From an uncultured virus (IMG/VR IMGVR_UViG_3300025280_000025) (Duplodnaviria > Heunggongvirae > Uroviricota > Caudoviricetes): 64,000 nt of DNA. The position numbers and the translations under genes were made by a program. Position 1 is the first letter of the stretch. The number at the start of each line of letters is the position of its first letter. The DNA lies in IMG/VR virus record IMGVR_UViG_3300025280_000025, one strand, 5' to 3'. Shown here piece by piece: positions 48,600 through 60,522 of the stretch. The notes under the pieces are model-generated. The model did not search any database and was not told where the DNA came from. It was given only the letters and a program-made list of their open reading frames with translations.

Positions 48600-49162
48600 G
48601 TGAACAGTTTTACATAGGGTTTGGGTCAGGGATAAAACTATTATCTGAGGAGTGGTACATCAAGGAGATGGGTCCTGATATTACCAAGAAAGCCTTCAGA
48701 GCTTTTTGTAGGGCTCTTCAAGTTCCAATCATAGAAATAGGCAAGACTTCCTTTGTTGAGATGAACTCGTTCCAACTTGCACTTAAAGCAATCACTAGAG
48801 TGGGGGAACCAGACTTTTATGTGTCGGGTTGTCTCTCTATAGCAAACGGAAAGAAGAGACCTTCTAAGTTAGCGGTTGATTATGTAACAAAGAATCTCGA
48901 ACCTCTTCTATGTGAGTTACTTGCGTGTAAAGCATTAGGGGGACTTTCTTTAACAACGGAAACTAAGTCTGCTGCTCGAATTGCAGCCGAGAGAATGGCT
49001 AGAGCTGGCATAGGAGAAATGGCAGTAGAGTTTCAAAACGAGTACACCAAGAGATCAATTCGTGTGTTTAATGATGTAACACTACAATCAAAGAGTATAC
49101 TGGACTTATATGAAGAAGAATTTGACGAAGAACCCGACACTGGGGAAGATACAGAAAGTTAG
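48596..49162 (+). CDS. Hypothetical protein
   Basis: In the operon before terminase. Confidence 0.6.
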   Translation: MSEQFYIGFGSGIKLLSEEWYIKEMGPDITKKAFRAFCRALQVPIIEIGKTSFVEMNSFQLALKAITRVGEPDFYVSGCLSIANGKKRPSKLAVDYVTKNLEPLLCELLACKALGGLSLTTETKSAARIAAERMARAGIGEMAVEFQNEYTKRSIRVFNDVTLQSKSILDLYEEEFDEEPDTGEDTES

Positions 49163-49682
49163 TTCCGAAGAAGTAGTAACTTCTTTTTATGGATTAGATG
49201 GTGCTGCTTCGGCTATCAAAGCATCAAACTTTGATATCATGGAGGAAATCACTATGGTGATTCAACACACGAGAGATCCCGATCCTAAAGTTAGTCTCCC
49301 AGCGTTGCGTCACTTCAGGAGTTTATTGAAAGAGCTGGTACTATCAAACGGCATGATAGGAACAGTTAAACAAACAGAGACATTGCCAGATACGAACGTA
49401 AGTCGTACAATGTCATCTTCAACACTGTTAACTAACCTTAGGAGTCAAAATGGCCAAATCCAAGATCAAGTCGAAAGAAAACACGAAATCCTCCCGGCCC
49501 ACGGTGGCGAAAAAGAAGACAAAAAAGAAGGCAGTAAAAAAGGTAGAAAAGGTAGAAAAGGCAGAAAAAAAAATACCTCTAAGTCCAACAGCATCAAATG
49601 CAGTCTACCTTCTTCAGATGATGACAATGATGGAAATGATCCAAGTATCAGCACCAGCCATTCGGGACTTGGGAATCTATGA
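49110..49682 (+). CDS. Hypothetical protein, candidate terminase small subunit
   Basis: Position and helical core only. Confidence 0.35.
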   Translation: MKKNLTKNPTLGKIQKVSSEEVVTSFYGLDGAASAIKASNFDIMEEITMVIQHTRDPDPKVSLPALRHFRSLLKELVLSNGMIGTVKQTETLPDTNVSRTMSSSTLLTNLRSQNGQIQDQVERKHEILPAHGGEKEDKKEGSKKGRKGRKGRKKNTSKSNSIKCSLPSSDDDNDGNDPSISTSHSGLGNL

Positions 49683-49902
49683 TGTAGAAAAGTGGGCAGG
49701 AGGTTTTGAAAACTTATACACGGAAGTCTTTGGGTGCCTTTTCAACAAGAAGAAACAACTACATGAATATCTCGTTCCTGTACTTCAAGAACTAGAACGA
49801 GAATCTTATTGTGGTACAGACATACAATTACTAGCGGTCTCCCTATCTAGAGTGGGGGCTTCTCTTGCGTTCATTAAGATGTCAACAGATAAGGATTCTT
49901 AA
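49450..49902 (+). CDS. Hypothetical protein with Lys-rich N-terminus
   Basis: RBS AGGAG; TAATG-coupled to TerL. Confidence 0.6.
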   Translation: MAKSKIKSKENTKSSRPTVAKKKTKKKAVKKVEKVEKAEKKIPLSPTASNAVYLLQMMTMMEMIQVSAPAIRDLGIYDVEKWAGGFENLYTEVFGCLFNKKKQLHEYLVPVLQELERESYCGTDIQLLAVSLSRVGASLAFIKMSTDKDS

Positions 49903-51839
49903 TGACATGGATCACACAAGATAATAATCCTTTTTATCCTTTACCTTCCGATTATCCAGAACTATCGGTTGAAGGACAAAGGAAGGCAAGGATAAATGCT
50001 TGTCGATTGTGGACAACAAAAGATAAATCTTCAAAGGAGATATCAGAAGCATTTGCTGCAGGTTTAAGATTCTTCGATCTTTACTATCTACACGCAGACG
50101 AGGCTATAGATTTTAATCCTCTCTTTTATGATGATGATCCTCTAGAAACTCCCGTGTTTCATTATGACATATTAAAACAGTGGGCTTCCTCGCCCCGTAA
50201 CATTTGCATTGCACCACGAGGTTCTGCTAAGTCTTATCTTGTTCGAAAGGCTTGTTTGTTGAGAATGATAACCCGTCCCATGTATTCAATCCTTTACGCA
50301 ACATCTACGAATGATAATGCACGAGGTACGGGTCAAGCACTCAAGGATCAGTTCCAACATAACCAAAGAATTCAGGATGATTGGAATCCCGAGTTCCCAG
50401 ACAACAGATTAGTTCCAAAAAGAGGTGAAGCACCATTCGGAACCGAGATGATGCAACTAAGAAATGGTAGTTGGATTCGAGCTATCTCAGCAGAGTCCAG
50501 ACAACGGGGTGGTCGTCCTCGAAGGTATGTACTTGATGACCCAGAGTATGACCCAAAGGCATCAACCTCCATGAACCTTATTCGTCAATACATGGATGAC
50601 CTCTTGTTTAAGGTGGTTCTTCCCATGGTCATGCGTTCGGGATGTGGTGTCGATTGGTTAGCAACATTCGTATCTCGTCGTCACTATGCATGGCACGCGC
50701 TGCAAACAGAAAAAAACAAATTGGGTGAACAGGTAGCATCAGATCCTCGTTTCAATTTGTGGTCACGAATGATCGTTCGAGCAGCATACGAAGAAGAGGA
50801 TGGAACAGTTGTTTCTTGTTGGCCCGACATGTGGCCCGCCACACGAAAAATTAAAAATGCAGATCCTAGGTTAAAAGATAGAGTGTCCCTCGAAGAGATT
50901 CGAGAGATCATCGGTACTCCTAATTTCCTTGCAGAATATATGGCGAGACCTGGTGAGGGGGAAGGTACATACTTTCCCCCACTCTCCAAGGAGAGACATG
51001 GGTGGTGGTACGAAAACGTGGATAACATGCTGCAAGAAGATCCTTACTCTAGTAATACCCTTATATGTTGGTTCTCGGGGGACAATATAGTGAGGAAGAG
51101 GATGTGTGAATTCTTAAGATTGAATAGGTTGTTTATGACAGTAGATACTTCATATACAGCCACAGCAGATTCAGACTTTAAGGTTGCATGTGTTATGGGA
51201 ATTAACTCTGAGAATGAATTATTTGTATTAGATATATGGAGTGCTCAATGTCGTGAGGACGAATTGGTAAAGCAAACCATGCAACTTGCGGATTATTGGA
51301 GAACACCCACTATCCACCCCGAAGCCATTAAACAGGGATTGGGGCTCTATAATACGTTGGATTCTCTAGTTAAAACCCGTGCGAGGGACATGATGGGCAT
51401 CTCCCATCTTCCCGGAATCAAGAAACTCAATCCGGGGATGATAGAAAAAACTACTAAGATAGCGTCACTCTCGCTGCGGTTCGAGCATGATAAGATAAAA
51501 ATACCGTTGTGGAAAAATGAATCCTCATTTCGTAGGCTAAAAGATCAAATAGAACAGTTTAATCCTGATGCACGGGATGGGGGTCTACAGCACGATGATG
51601 AACTCGATTGTGTATGTATGTCTCAATTCGTTATAAAAGGAAGATTATCAAGAATTATTAATGTTGACCATCCCAATAAAACACCCCTGGAAAGGTTAAA
51701 AGAGGGAGAAGTTGTAGATGAGGAGAGAGGAACCCCTTTGGCTTATGGAATTGATTTTAATAAAACATCTGTTGCTGATATACAAGACATTTTAGATAGG
51801 AGCGTAGATAATGATTCCGGAAACCCATCAAGAATATGA
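49902..51839 (+). CDS. terL: Terminase large subunit
   Basis: APRGSAKS Walker A, RGGRP..YVLDDPE Walker B, and nuclease TVDTS..DF and HDDELD motifs. Confidence 0.92.
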   Translation: MTWITQDNNPFYPLPSDYPELSVEGQRKARINACRLWTTKDKSSKEISEAFAAGLRFFDLYYLHADEAIDFNPLFYDDDPLETPVFHYDILKQWASSPRNICIAPRGSAKSYLVRKACLLRMITRPMYSILYATSTNDNARGTGQALKDQFQHNQRIQDDWNPEFPDNRLVPKRGEAPFGTEMMQLRNGSWIRAISAESRQRGGRPRRYVLDDPEYDPKASTSMNLIRQYMDDLLFKVVLPMVMRSGCGVDWLATFVSRRHYAWHALQTEKNKLGEQVASDPRFNLWSRMIVRAAYEEEDGTVVSCWPDMWPATRKIKNADPRLKDRVSLEEIREIIGTPNFLAEYMARPGEGEGTYFPPLSKERHGWWYENVDNMLQEDPYSSNTLICWFSGDNIVRKRMCEFLRLNRLFMTVDTSYTATADSDFKVACVMGINSENELFVLDIWSAQCREDELVKQTMQLADYWRTPTIHPEAIKQGLGLYNTLDSLVKTRARDMMGISHLPGIKKLNPGMIEKTTKIASLSLRFEHDKIKIPLWKNESSFRRLKDQIEQFNPDARDGGLQHDDELDCVCMSQFVIKGRLSRIINVDHPNKTPLERLKEGEVVDEERGTPLAYGIDFNKTSVADIQDILDRSVDNDSGNPSRI

Positions 51840-52128
51840 ACATAAGAATTCGGTTGTTGTTCCCTTAGCATTTTTCGATAAACTAATGAGATGTTACTAT
51901 GGTACTGGACCTCGTGATGGGGATCCACAATATCAATTTACACCCGAAAATTCACATACTGAGGTGATACCAGAAATATCAAATCTAAAAGAGACTACAA
52001 TAGGAACAGAGATGCCTCCGGGGTTTATCCCAAGGGGAATTGCAGCAGAAAAAATAAAGGCTAAAGAACGTGGCACTAGACACGGTAAAACTACCGAAAA
52101 ATCCGAGAGACCTAGCAAGAGTAATTGA
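51811..52128 (+). CDS. Hypothetical protein between TerL and portal
   Basis: Overlaps both neighbours. Confidence 0.5.
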   Translation: MIPETHQEYEHKNSVVVPLAFFDKLMRCYYGTGPRDGDPQYQFTPENSHTEVIPEISNLKETTIGTEMPPGFIPRGIAAEKIKAKERGTRHGKTTEKSERPSKSN

Positions 52129-54079
52129 CGAACATGCAGACCGAGAAGATTCGCGTTTATCTTATCGTCGTATTATGTGGTTGCTTGCTTGGCATTATCT
52201 AAATGGGGCTAGGCGATTTGACGTATTTGATCCTGATAGTGGGGCGTTATCCCCCCACTACTTAGATGAAGACGGGAACATGGAGTTTCAATCTCAAGAG
52301 ATGTTATCAGCAATTGATAAGGTTTCTGGTAGATTAGCAGCTTTAGATCTAAGACCTAAAGTTTTCCGTAAGGGTATCTCCCTCAATAGTGTTCGAGAGA
52401 GATCTATAGGTCAGATTATTATGGATCACGTAGTACCAGACGATCATTTAGACAAAGTTAAAACTCAATTTGCACACATCTTTACTTCTCTAGGTTCTTG
52501 TGGAATGGCGGGACATATTATAAATTCTTCTACTATTGGATTAACCGCTGATCTTGAAGTTATCCATCCTAGAGAACTATATCCCTTCCCTTCTCTGGGT
52601 ACAGATTACACTAAAGCTAGAGGTATGATGAGACAACGAACTGTTCCTCTACAATTTCTTGAAGACATGTTTGATAAGAAGTTAAACCGAAGTCTAGATA
52701 AGATGGAGTGGTGGGAGCAACAAATTGGTGAGGTAGACGCATCTGGTGCATCGGGAGGAACAGATGCTTCATCCAAAGATGTTAAGTATTGGGACGGTGA
52801 AAGAGGAACACAGAATCCCGGAAGTGCAGCCAAGCGAGGACAAACCGCAGTAGTTAAAATTAGAGAACTGTGGCTCTTTGGAGTGGGGGACACGGTTACA
52901 AGGTATGTAGTCTCTAGTGGAGAACACATATTGCACGACGAAGAATTCGATGAGATGGAAGTTTATTGCCCCATAGGGTTTGCAAGATTTATAGAAAACG
53001 GAACTTTTCATGGTGCAGGTCTATTTGATCTTCTCTTTAGTCTAGGTCGTGAGATGGAGACATTGCTTAAGTCTCTCTTTAATAATGTAAGAGATACAGA
53101 TAAGTATGGTGTTCTTGTAATGCCCCAAGGGCAATTTAATGATAGAGCTATGTTACGAGATGTAGGAAAAGGTCTTAGAGTTCTACCTTTTGAACCAGAC
53201 CCAGTAGTTGAAACATTTAGACCTTTCAGTATTACACCCCACAACTCGGGAGACATTCCGGGTAAGACGGCTGCATTTGCTAAAGATCTGATGGAAAAAT
53301 TGAATCCTGTTCATGATCTTATTAGAGAAAAAGGTCGTGTGGATTCCGCTGCGGGTTTGTCGTTCTTGGATGAACAAATTAGTAAGACTATGACTAATCC
53401 AAGTAGAGGTATAGAGCAAGCATTCCGAGGATGTTATAGAGCAGTCTTAGCGGGATCTGTTAGAGAACTAATAGACAAACCTATTAGTATCCCCATTACC
53501 AGTATAAACCTCGAAATGGCAGGAGCCATAATCGATGCAGAGAATAGTCAAATCCAATTCCAAGGAACGAATCCTCTTCCTTCCCTTAAAAATGTATCTG
53601 TTACTGTTAAAGAAACTAGTCCCCGTTCAATGGTGGCTAGAAAGCAAGAAGCACTTGAAATGTTAAAAGCAGGAATATCAGATCCTGATTCCTTTAAACT
53701 TTTAATCCTTAAAGAGAGTTTAGACTTTGCGGTTTGGATTGAAGAAGAAAAATCTGCTTATGACATGATCGTTCGTAATTGTTTAGTTCTTTACGGAGAC
53801 GGGCAAGATCCGGGTCAAATTATTTTAACCCCACATAATGCTGCACCAGAGTTCCAACTTCGTGTCTTGGTTGCATTTATGTCGAGCCCTATAATGTCTG
53901 TGGCAAGTACAGAAGTTCAAAACGAATTCATCAAACTTAAAGAATTTATGATACAGTCTACAGGAGCTGTTATGCCGGAGGGTGTTCCTTCGCTAATGGA
54001 AGCAGCCGAGATGCAACAACCAATGGAGGGTATGGGTCAAGGTGGTCCAATGCCGTTCCCACAACAAGGAGCAATTTAA
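52070..54079 (+). CDS. Portal protein
   Basis: 669 aa; lies between TerL and scaffold/capsid; helical, with a Q/M-rich tail. Confidence 0.75.
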   Translation: MALDTVKLPKNPRDLARVIDEHADREDSRLSYRRIMWLLAWHYLNGARRFDVFDPDSGALSPHYLDEDGNMEFQSQEMLSAIDKVSGRLAALDLRPKVFRKGISLNSVRERSIGQIIMDHVVPDDHLDKVKTQFAHIFTSLGSCGMAGHIINSSTIGLTADLEVIHPRELYPFPSLGTDYTKARGMMRQRTVPLQFLEDMFDKKLNRSLDKMEWWEQQIGEVDASGASGGTDASSKDVKYWDGERGTQNPGSAAKRGQTAVVKIRELWLFGVGDTVTRYVVSSGEHILHDEEFDEMEVYCPIGFARFIENGTFHGAGLFDLLFSLGREMETLLKSLFNNVRDTDKYGVLVMPQGQFNDRAMLRDVGKGLRVLPFEPDPVVETFRPFSITPHNSGDIPGKTAAFAKDLMEKLNPVHDLIREKGRVDSAAGLSFLDEQISKTMTNPSRGIEQAFRGCYRAVLAGSVRELIDKPISIPITSINLEMAGAIIDAENSQIQFQGTNPLPSLKNVSVTVKETSPRSMVARKQEALEMLKAGISDPDSFKLLILKESLDFAVWIEEEKSAYDMIVRNCLVLYGDGQDPGQIILTPHNAAPEFQLRVLVAFMSSPIMSVASTEVQNEFIKLKEFMIQSTGAVMPEGVPSLMEAAEMQQPMEGMGQGGPMPFPQQGAI

Positions 54080-55000
54080 ATGCCCGAAGAAATACAAGAA
54101 ACACCAGAAACACCTCAAGTAGAAGCTACTGAGACCCCCACTCCACCAAGTTTAGATCTTGATTCAACCGTTAAGGTTGATGGTCAAGAGATTTCGGTTA
54201 GAGATTTAATTAATACTAGGGATGAAGCAGCAAGGCTTAGAGAGTACAATGAAAATGCAAGACAATTAATTAGTCCTCATGGATCCACGGAAGAGCAAAG
54301 AGAACAATCAGTAAGGTTTCTCATGACTCAAGAAGGGTACAGTCCCTCAGATATTGATGAGTATGTTAATTGGACAAAAGAAGCAACACAGGAGGCAGTA
54401 GATTATGAGAACGTTCCTCAAGAACAATATGCCCCTGAAACAAATATTCCGGCTGAACCATATAATCAGGAACAAGCAATGATGCAAGAACAAGACAACC
54501 AAAGAATAGCAGACATAGAACAAAAGCAATCTCGGTTGGGTGCAGAGATGATGAAGAAAGATCTTGATAACTCTTTAAGAAGAGTATTTCATGAAGATAC
54601 TGACATGAAAAAACTAATGTCTCTTTCTGAGGAAGGGGATAATAGTAGACAACAAATCCTTATGAAAGAGGTAGAATCCGCTATGATGGATAACCTCAAG
54701 AAAAGGAGAGCCTCAGGAGAAACCTTTAATGCAAATTGGTTTGATGAAGAGGCTGGTAAAGCCACCAAATTTGTGTATGATAAATTTCGTTCGGTAATCG
54801 GTGATCCGGATAAAATCCAGCGTTCACCGGAAACAGCAACAGATAGTGATAGTTTGTTTAATAAACCTCCAGTTGATCCTCCTGAGTTTGAAAAGGGTGA
54901 TGACATGGGCGCGCTTTCTGTGAAGTCTCATGATTGGACACTCGACACATTACTTAGGGGAGCCCGAGAGGGTGCCTCTGGAGGAAAATCGAAAGCTTAG
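54080..55000 (+). CDS. Capsid scaffold protein
   Basis: Acidic; VKVDGQE.SV.DL motif; lies upstream of the capsid gene. Confidence 0.7.
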   Translation: MPEEIQETPETPQVEATETPTPPSLDLDSTVKVDGQEISVRDLINTRDEAARLREYNENARQLISPHGSTEEQREQSVRFLMTQEGYSPSDIDEYVNWTKEATQEAVDYENVPQEQYAPETNIPAEPYNQEQAMMQEQDNQRIADIEQKQSRLGAEMMKKDLDNSLRRVFHEDTDMKKLMSLSEEGDNSRQQILMKEVESAMMDNLKKRRASGETFNANWFDEEAGKATKFVYDKFRSVIGDPDKIQRSPETATDSDSLFNKPPVDPPEFEKGDDMGALSVKSHDWTLDTLLRGAREGASGGKSKA

Positions 55001-55020
55001 AAAAGTAAAGGAATCTCAAG

Positions 55021-56634
55021 ATGCCTGCAAAATTTTCTCCTACTGGAGCCATGTTTGATCTCCACGAGGAACGAATTGAAGAAGTCATTAATAAAAATAT
55101 TGAGATTTTCCTCCCCGGTTTAGACCCTATTTGGCAAGATCTTATTTCCACAAGCCAAGGGGTTGGCCCTACTGATGCACTCGGACGTGACCTAAAAATC
55201 TTAAAGGTTTATATGGGTTCTATGGCTGGTGTTCTTGAACAAGGTAAACCGAAAGGGGATGTCTCTCTTTATGGTGACGACACCGATCAATACGGTGCAC
55301 GTCTATATACGCAAAATCTTTCACAAACTTGGCCCTCACCACTAGATGGTCCAAACGCAATGCCATTCCGTCTCGGTATTGGTATGCGTTCCATGATGTC
55401 TAACATCATGTTCACTCTTGGTGAAATGCAAGCAGAAGCAACCCCATCATTTATTGGTGAAGTTATTGCTCCTAAGTTGGAAGGTTTTGGTCGTAATATA
55501 GCTCACACTCTATGTAACTATTGGTACTTAAGTCAAAACGACAGTTACCAAATAAGTACAATTACAAGTAAAGTAGCAAGTGTTGTTGCAACTGGTGGTA
55601 GAGAAGTTACATTTACACCCGGAAACGGTGCTGTAGACCGATACTATGTTGGTCAACGAGTTGATGTTTACACTGCATCATTCGCAAAACGCGCTAATGA
55701 TACTACGTCTACTGATGCTGACCAATCTGATGGTGGAGCTTCGGGAGTAGCCTCCACGCGAGTACCTACATTTATCTCAAGTGTAGATGAACTTAAGGGA
55801 ACGGTTACACTCTTCTCCACAGTTGATCCCGATGCTTGGGTTGGGGCTAATATAGCTAATGATATGTTAGTTGTATATGCTGGTAGTGATACAAGCATGA
55901 CAGATTCGTCAGATGCTACTAGTGCATTCACTGGTTTTGCTGGCGTAAACAGTTGGCTAAAATCAGGTGCGTCAGGTGACAACGATAAGTACCTATTGGG
56001 TGATGATCGTGATACGAATAACCAAATCGATCTCACGGTTCATCCAGAGTTTAAAAGTTTCACTAAAGGCAGTGTTGGTGTTCTTACTGAACACAAACTC
56101 CGTCAATATTTACGTCGATTCCACGCAGCCAAAAACAAGTACGGTCAATATATTGACTGCTTGATCGCCTCTGATGGTGTTTGGTTGAACTACGAGTCAA
56201 CGAAAATTGGTCGTGAAATCATTGACCGAACTGGTAAGCTCTCAAGCGTGACTAGTGAAGGTTCAAATGAAGGCTTCAAATTCTCCTTTGATGGACGAAC
56301 ATATACTGGCTACACTTCAACTTATGTTGAAGACAATACCGTATACGGAATCCGAAAAGGTGGAAATAACTGGAAACGTTATGTGCCGCCTTCAATTGCT
56401 GGAGCAAGTAGTTTTTCTCAAGCAGGAACGGGTGTTCCGTTTGAATTCATTGCTGGTGCACTCACCGGTACGGGTTCGAATAAACTTCCGATCTATGACT
56501 CCCAAGGTAACAATACACTTGTAACCGAAGGTGTTCAAATGCCTGGTCAAATGAGGATGCAGTTGGTTCCTGACCAACCTGCAGGCATTAAATTGTCTGG
56601 TGTGACGCAAGACAAGCTTTACAGCGACAACTAA
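55021..56634 (+). CDS. Major capsid protein (with large insertion domain)
   Basis: Position, downstream terminator and composition (GVNSWL, HPEFKS; P..G..L.G at the C-terminus). Confidence 0.75.
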   Translation: MPAKFSPTGAMFDLHEERIEEVINKNIEIFLPGLDPIWQDLISTSQGVGPTDALGRDLKILKVYMGSMAGVLEQGKPKGDVSLYGDDTDQYGARLYTQNLSQTWPSPLDGPNAMPFRLGIGMRSMMSNIMFTLGEMQAEATPSFIGEVIAPKLEGFGRNIAHTLCNYWYLSQNDSYQISTITSKVASVVATGGREVTFTPGNGAVDRYYVGQRVDVYTASFAKRANDTTSTDADQSDGGASGVASTRVPTFISSVDELKGTVTLFSTVDPDAWVGANIANDMLVVYAGSDTSMTDSSDATSAFTGFAGVNSWLKSGASGDNDKYLLGDDRDTNNQIDLTVHPEFKSFTKGSVGVLTEHKLRQYLRRFHAAKNKYGQYIDCLIASDGVWLNYESTKIGREIIDRTGKLSSVTSEGSNEGFKFSFDGRTYTGYTSTYVEDNTVYGIRKGGNNWKRYVPPSIAGASSFSQAGTGVPFEFIAGALTGTGSNKLPIYDSQGNNTLVTEGVQMPGQMRMQLVPDQPAGIKLSGVTQDKLYSDN

Positions 56635-56661
56635 TCCGTAAATATATCCTCCTGTGTTGGG

Positions 56662-56699
56662 AAGAGGGTCTGCCGAGTATGGTGGACCCTCTTTCTTTT
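56662..56699 (+). terminator. Intrinsic terminator after the capsid gene
   Basis: AAGAGGGTCTGCC/GGTGGACCCTCTT stem followed by TCTTTT. Confidence 0.85.
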
Positions 56700-56713
56700 G
56701 GTATACTTGTGGA

Positions 56714-57259
56714 ATGGATATAGAGATACTTTACAATCCGTATGAAGAAGCAATTAATACAGGACTCCAATTGGGAGGAGAACACAAGATTATGCCTGAT
56801 GGGGATTGGATCCAACATATTCGCAGAGAAACAGAGAGAGAGGATCTCTTTGTATATCGACATGCTATTACAGAAAACTTTGTATTAGCACACTGGATAT
56901 ATCCCCCTTCAGAAGTCGATAAGCCTATATGTTTAGAACTGGAAACAATGCCTATACCCCCAGATCGTGGGGGTTGGATTCCTACTGAAGCAATCAAACT
57001 TAGATGCCGTGCTGTAGATAAAGAAGAGGAATTTATGGAACGCAGACTAAAATCTCAAGCAGAAAAGCGTGATTCTCAAAGAGAAAAGCAAGAGGGATAT
57101 GAGAGGAAGGATCAGATGGTAAGGCATCTCAAACGAAAGGGTATGGAAGTGGAAGCGATATCTTTACAAAATTCGAAGGTGCATTATAGTAAGGGAGACA
57201 GCGAACTTACTGAAGACCTTAATAGTTTTTCAAAGGGCAGGATAATTACTCATGGATAG
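56714..57259 (+). CDS. Hypothetical protein
   Basis: Likely start MDIEIL. Confidence 0.6.
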   Translation: MDIEILYNPYEEAINTGLQLGGEHKIMPDGDWIQHIRRETEREDLFVYRHAITENFVLAHWIYPPSEVDKPICLELETMPIPPDRGGWIPTEAIKLRCRAVDKEEEFMERRLKSQAEKRDSQREKQEGYERKDQMVRHLKRKGMEVEAISLQNSKVHYSKGDSELTEDLNSFSKGRIITHG

Positions 57260-59871
57260 TTCTAGTTCAATATTAATGACTACAATTGAGAGGATTCGTA
57301 CCTATTTGGACGATCCTACTCTTGACGCTAAATATACAAATGATTTTCTGGTAAGGCATATTATTGAGCCGGAGATGGTCAATGTCATTACGGCTATTAA
57401 TCAACAGAGAGATGAACCTATCCTCTGTAAATTTTCGTTGGATAGCCTTGAAGATACTAATACGAGTATAGAACTTCCTCCTAATGTAGGGATCGTTCAC
57501 AGGATCACTAAACTAAATGATGACGGGACTGTATTAGATGATATAGCAAAGCGAGACGAAACAGACCCTCGTGGTCCAGGTTGGCATCTCGACGGTAGAG
57601 ATTTACACATCCGTCCTGATTGGACTCCAGATACTGCAGGATATGAAGTTTGGTATACACCTTCTGGTGACTTTATACCTCATTACAGTGCAGACGGTGG
57701 AACACTTATCTCGGGAGCACTAACATTCACATTAGATGCTGCTCCTGACGTAGGAGATTATGATCGAAGAGAGAGTGCTTATATAGGAGGAGTACTTCGA
57801 GTATGGAACGCTGCTAATACGATAATCCAAGAGCAAGTCATATCAGGATATGATGTTTCAACAAGAACGGTAACTGTCCGTACGGCATTTGGTACTACAG
57901 ATATTCCTGTTGCAGATACCTTGAGATACGAAATTGTACCTGAATACATGGGACAAATTTGGCAAACGATTGCCATAGCTTCTGCAATGAATCTTGGTGT
58001 TGCTAGGAACATTACCGAAAAGCAAATGGCTTATCTCAAGGAGCAGTTTGCTTTATCCCTCCAGACTTCAATGGTTTTAACTGCAAGTAAAGTACAGAAT
58101 AAAGCTGTATCCCCAGAAGACTCTGTTCTTCATACAATGCTGCAAAGAATTCGTTGGGGTCTTCCTGAGCAAGTAGAGAAGAAAATGTCTGATGATTACA
58201 TCATGAGATCTGCAATCGTTCCTAAGTTAGCGGAGGTTATTTCGTCTATAAATAGTCGTAATGATTCTCAGATAGTAAATCGTCATAGTTTTACATTTGT
58301 TAACCAACAAGAATACTATGCCCTTCCCCCTTGTATAGGTAAGGTTTTAAGACTTGCTAAAATTTCTGCAACAGGTGTGATTAGTGACGAGATTCGTCAA
58401 AGAGATGATAACGATCCTCAGGGTAATGGTTGGGCTGTAGAAGGAAACAGAATTTCTATTCGTCCTAATCCTGCTACAGGAGACCTTTCAAGTTACCAAC
58501 TTTGGTATTTACCAAGTGGAAATTTCTTACCCCACTACGCTAAAGATGGAATTTTGGATTCTGCGGGTAAAATCCTGACCTTATCGAGTGGGGGTCTATT
58601 CTCCAGACTACTTGGAACAATTGACAAAAGAGACAATTCTTATGTAGGAGCAACCCTTAGAGTATTCGAATCAAACGGATCAATCTCTGAAAGAACAATT
58701 GCGTCTCATGGTGCTGCTACCCCAGGAGTTTCGGTTACAGAAGCGTTTCAAACTATAGGTGGTTCGACAACAGTTGCGTATGAGATAGTTGCTCCTTGGC
58801 AAGACACTGTAATGAGTGCAGTGGTGGCTAAAGCAATATTGGAATTGATGGCATTGAAGGGCGGGGTACAAGAAGCAGATCTTGCTATTCTTGCGGAATC
58901 TGCGAAGTCTGCACTTTCTTCTTCTATGGTTTCTATTAGAAACAAGAGAGCTTTGGACATAGTTCCAAATCCAAATTCCCATCTCCACATGGTACTTGAG
59001 AAAACCAAGACTATTATTCGCGATATTGCTAAAGAACTTGATTACTCTGACGATTTTATTTTTAGGCACGGTATCGTACCTGAGTATAGCAGGGTCATGT
59101 CTCGAGTTCAAAATACCTCTAGTGATTACATTATAAATAAATACAACCTTATTACTGTTGCCAATCAACAATACTATGATCTTCCTGCTTCTATTGGAGA
59201 AATCATAAGGATTGTAATACTTGAAGCAGACGGAAGAATTTCAAAAGAAATAATGCCTCGTAATCAGTTTAGTACGAGAGGACCAAATTGGAGTCTTGAA
59301 GGTAATAGCCTTTCAATTAGACCCTACCCCCAAACAGCACAAACATATGAGATTTGGTACATATCTACAAACGATGTCAAACCTCACTATGCAGAAGATG
59401 GTTCACTTGCTGCTGATGGTTTAAGTCTTGATCTAACTAATAATGCGTGGAGTTCTAATGCGTTAGGAGACTTGGATAGGAGAAGAGATATCTATGTTGG
59501 AAGCACTATTAGAATTATTAATTCTATTGGGATTATAGAGGAAAAAATAATTAATGGTTATACTGAAACTTCTCGTCGTGTTAATTTCAGAAGTGTATGT
59601 GTTAATTCCGCTGGTTTTGGTTCTACCTCTGTGGTTTATGAAGTTGTGCCCGCTCACTTTGGTGCGGTAGTAGAGGCAGTATCTCAAGGTGCAGCAATGA
59701 ATTTACTTGTGGGTGCTCGTCGTGTTACAAAAGCACAACATGCAATGTTGATGATTAACTTTAAGTCTGCGATGAAAACTGCAATGGACTACTTTACCTT
59801 TATGCAGAATCGTGTACCTAAATCATACGAGAAGGATACCGTAGACAACCGAAACAGGTACGGTGGTCTGT

Positions 59872-59885
<14 letters not shown>
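57252..59885 (+). CDS. Triplicated head-tail adaptor-like protein
   Basis: Three ~290-aa repeats containing LP...G...RI, G..W...G...IRP, Y..WY, PHY..DG, Y.G..R and YE.V. Confidence 0.65.
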
Positions 59886-60518
<633 letters not shown>

Positions 60519-60522
<4 letters not shown>

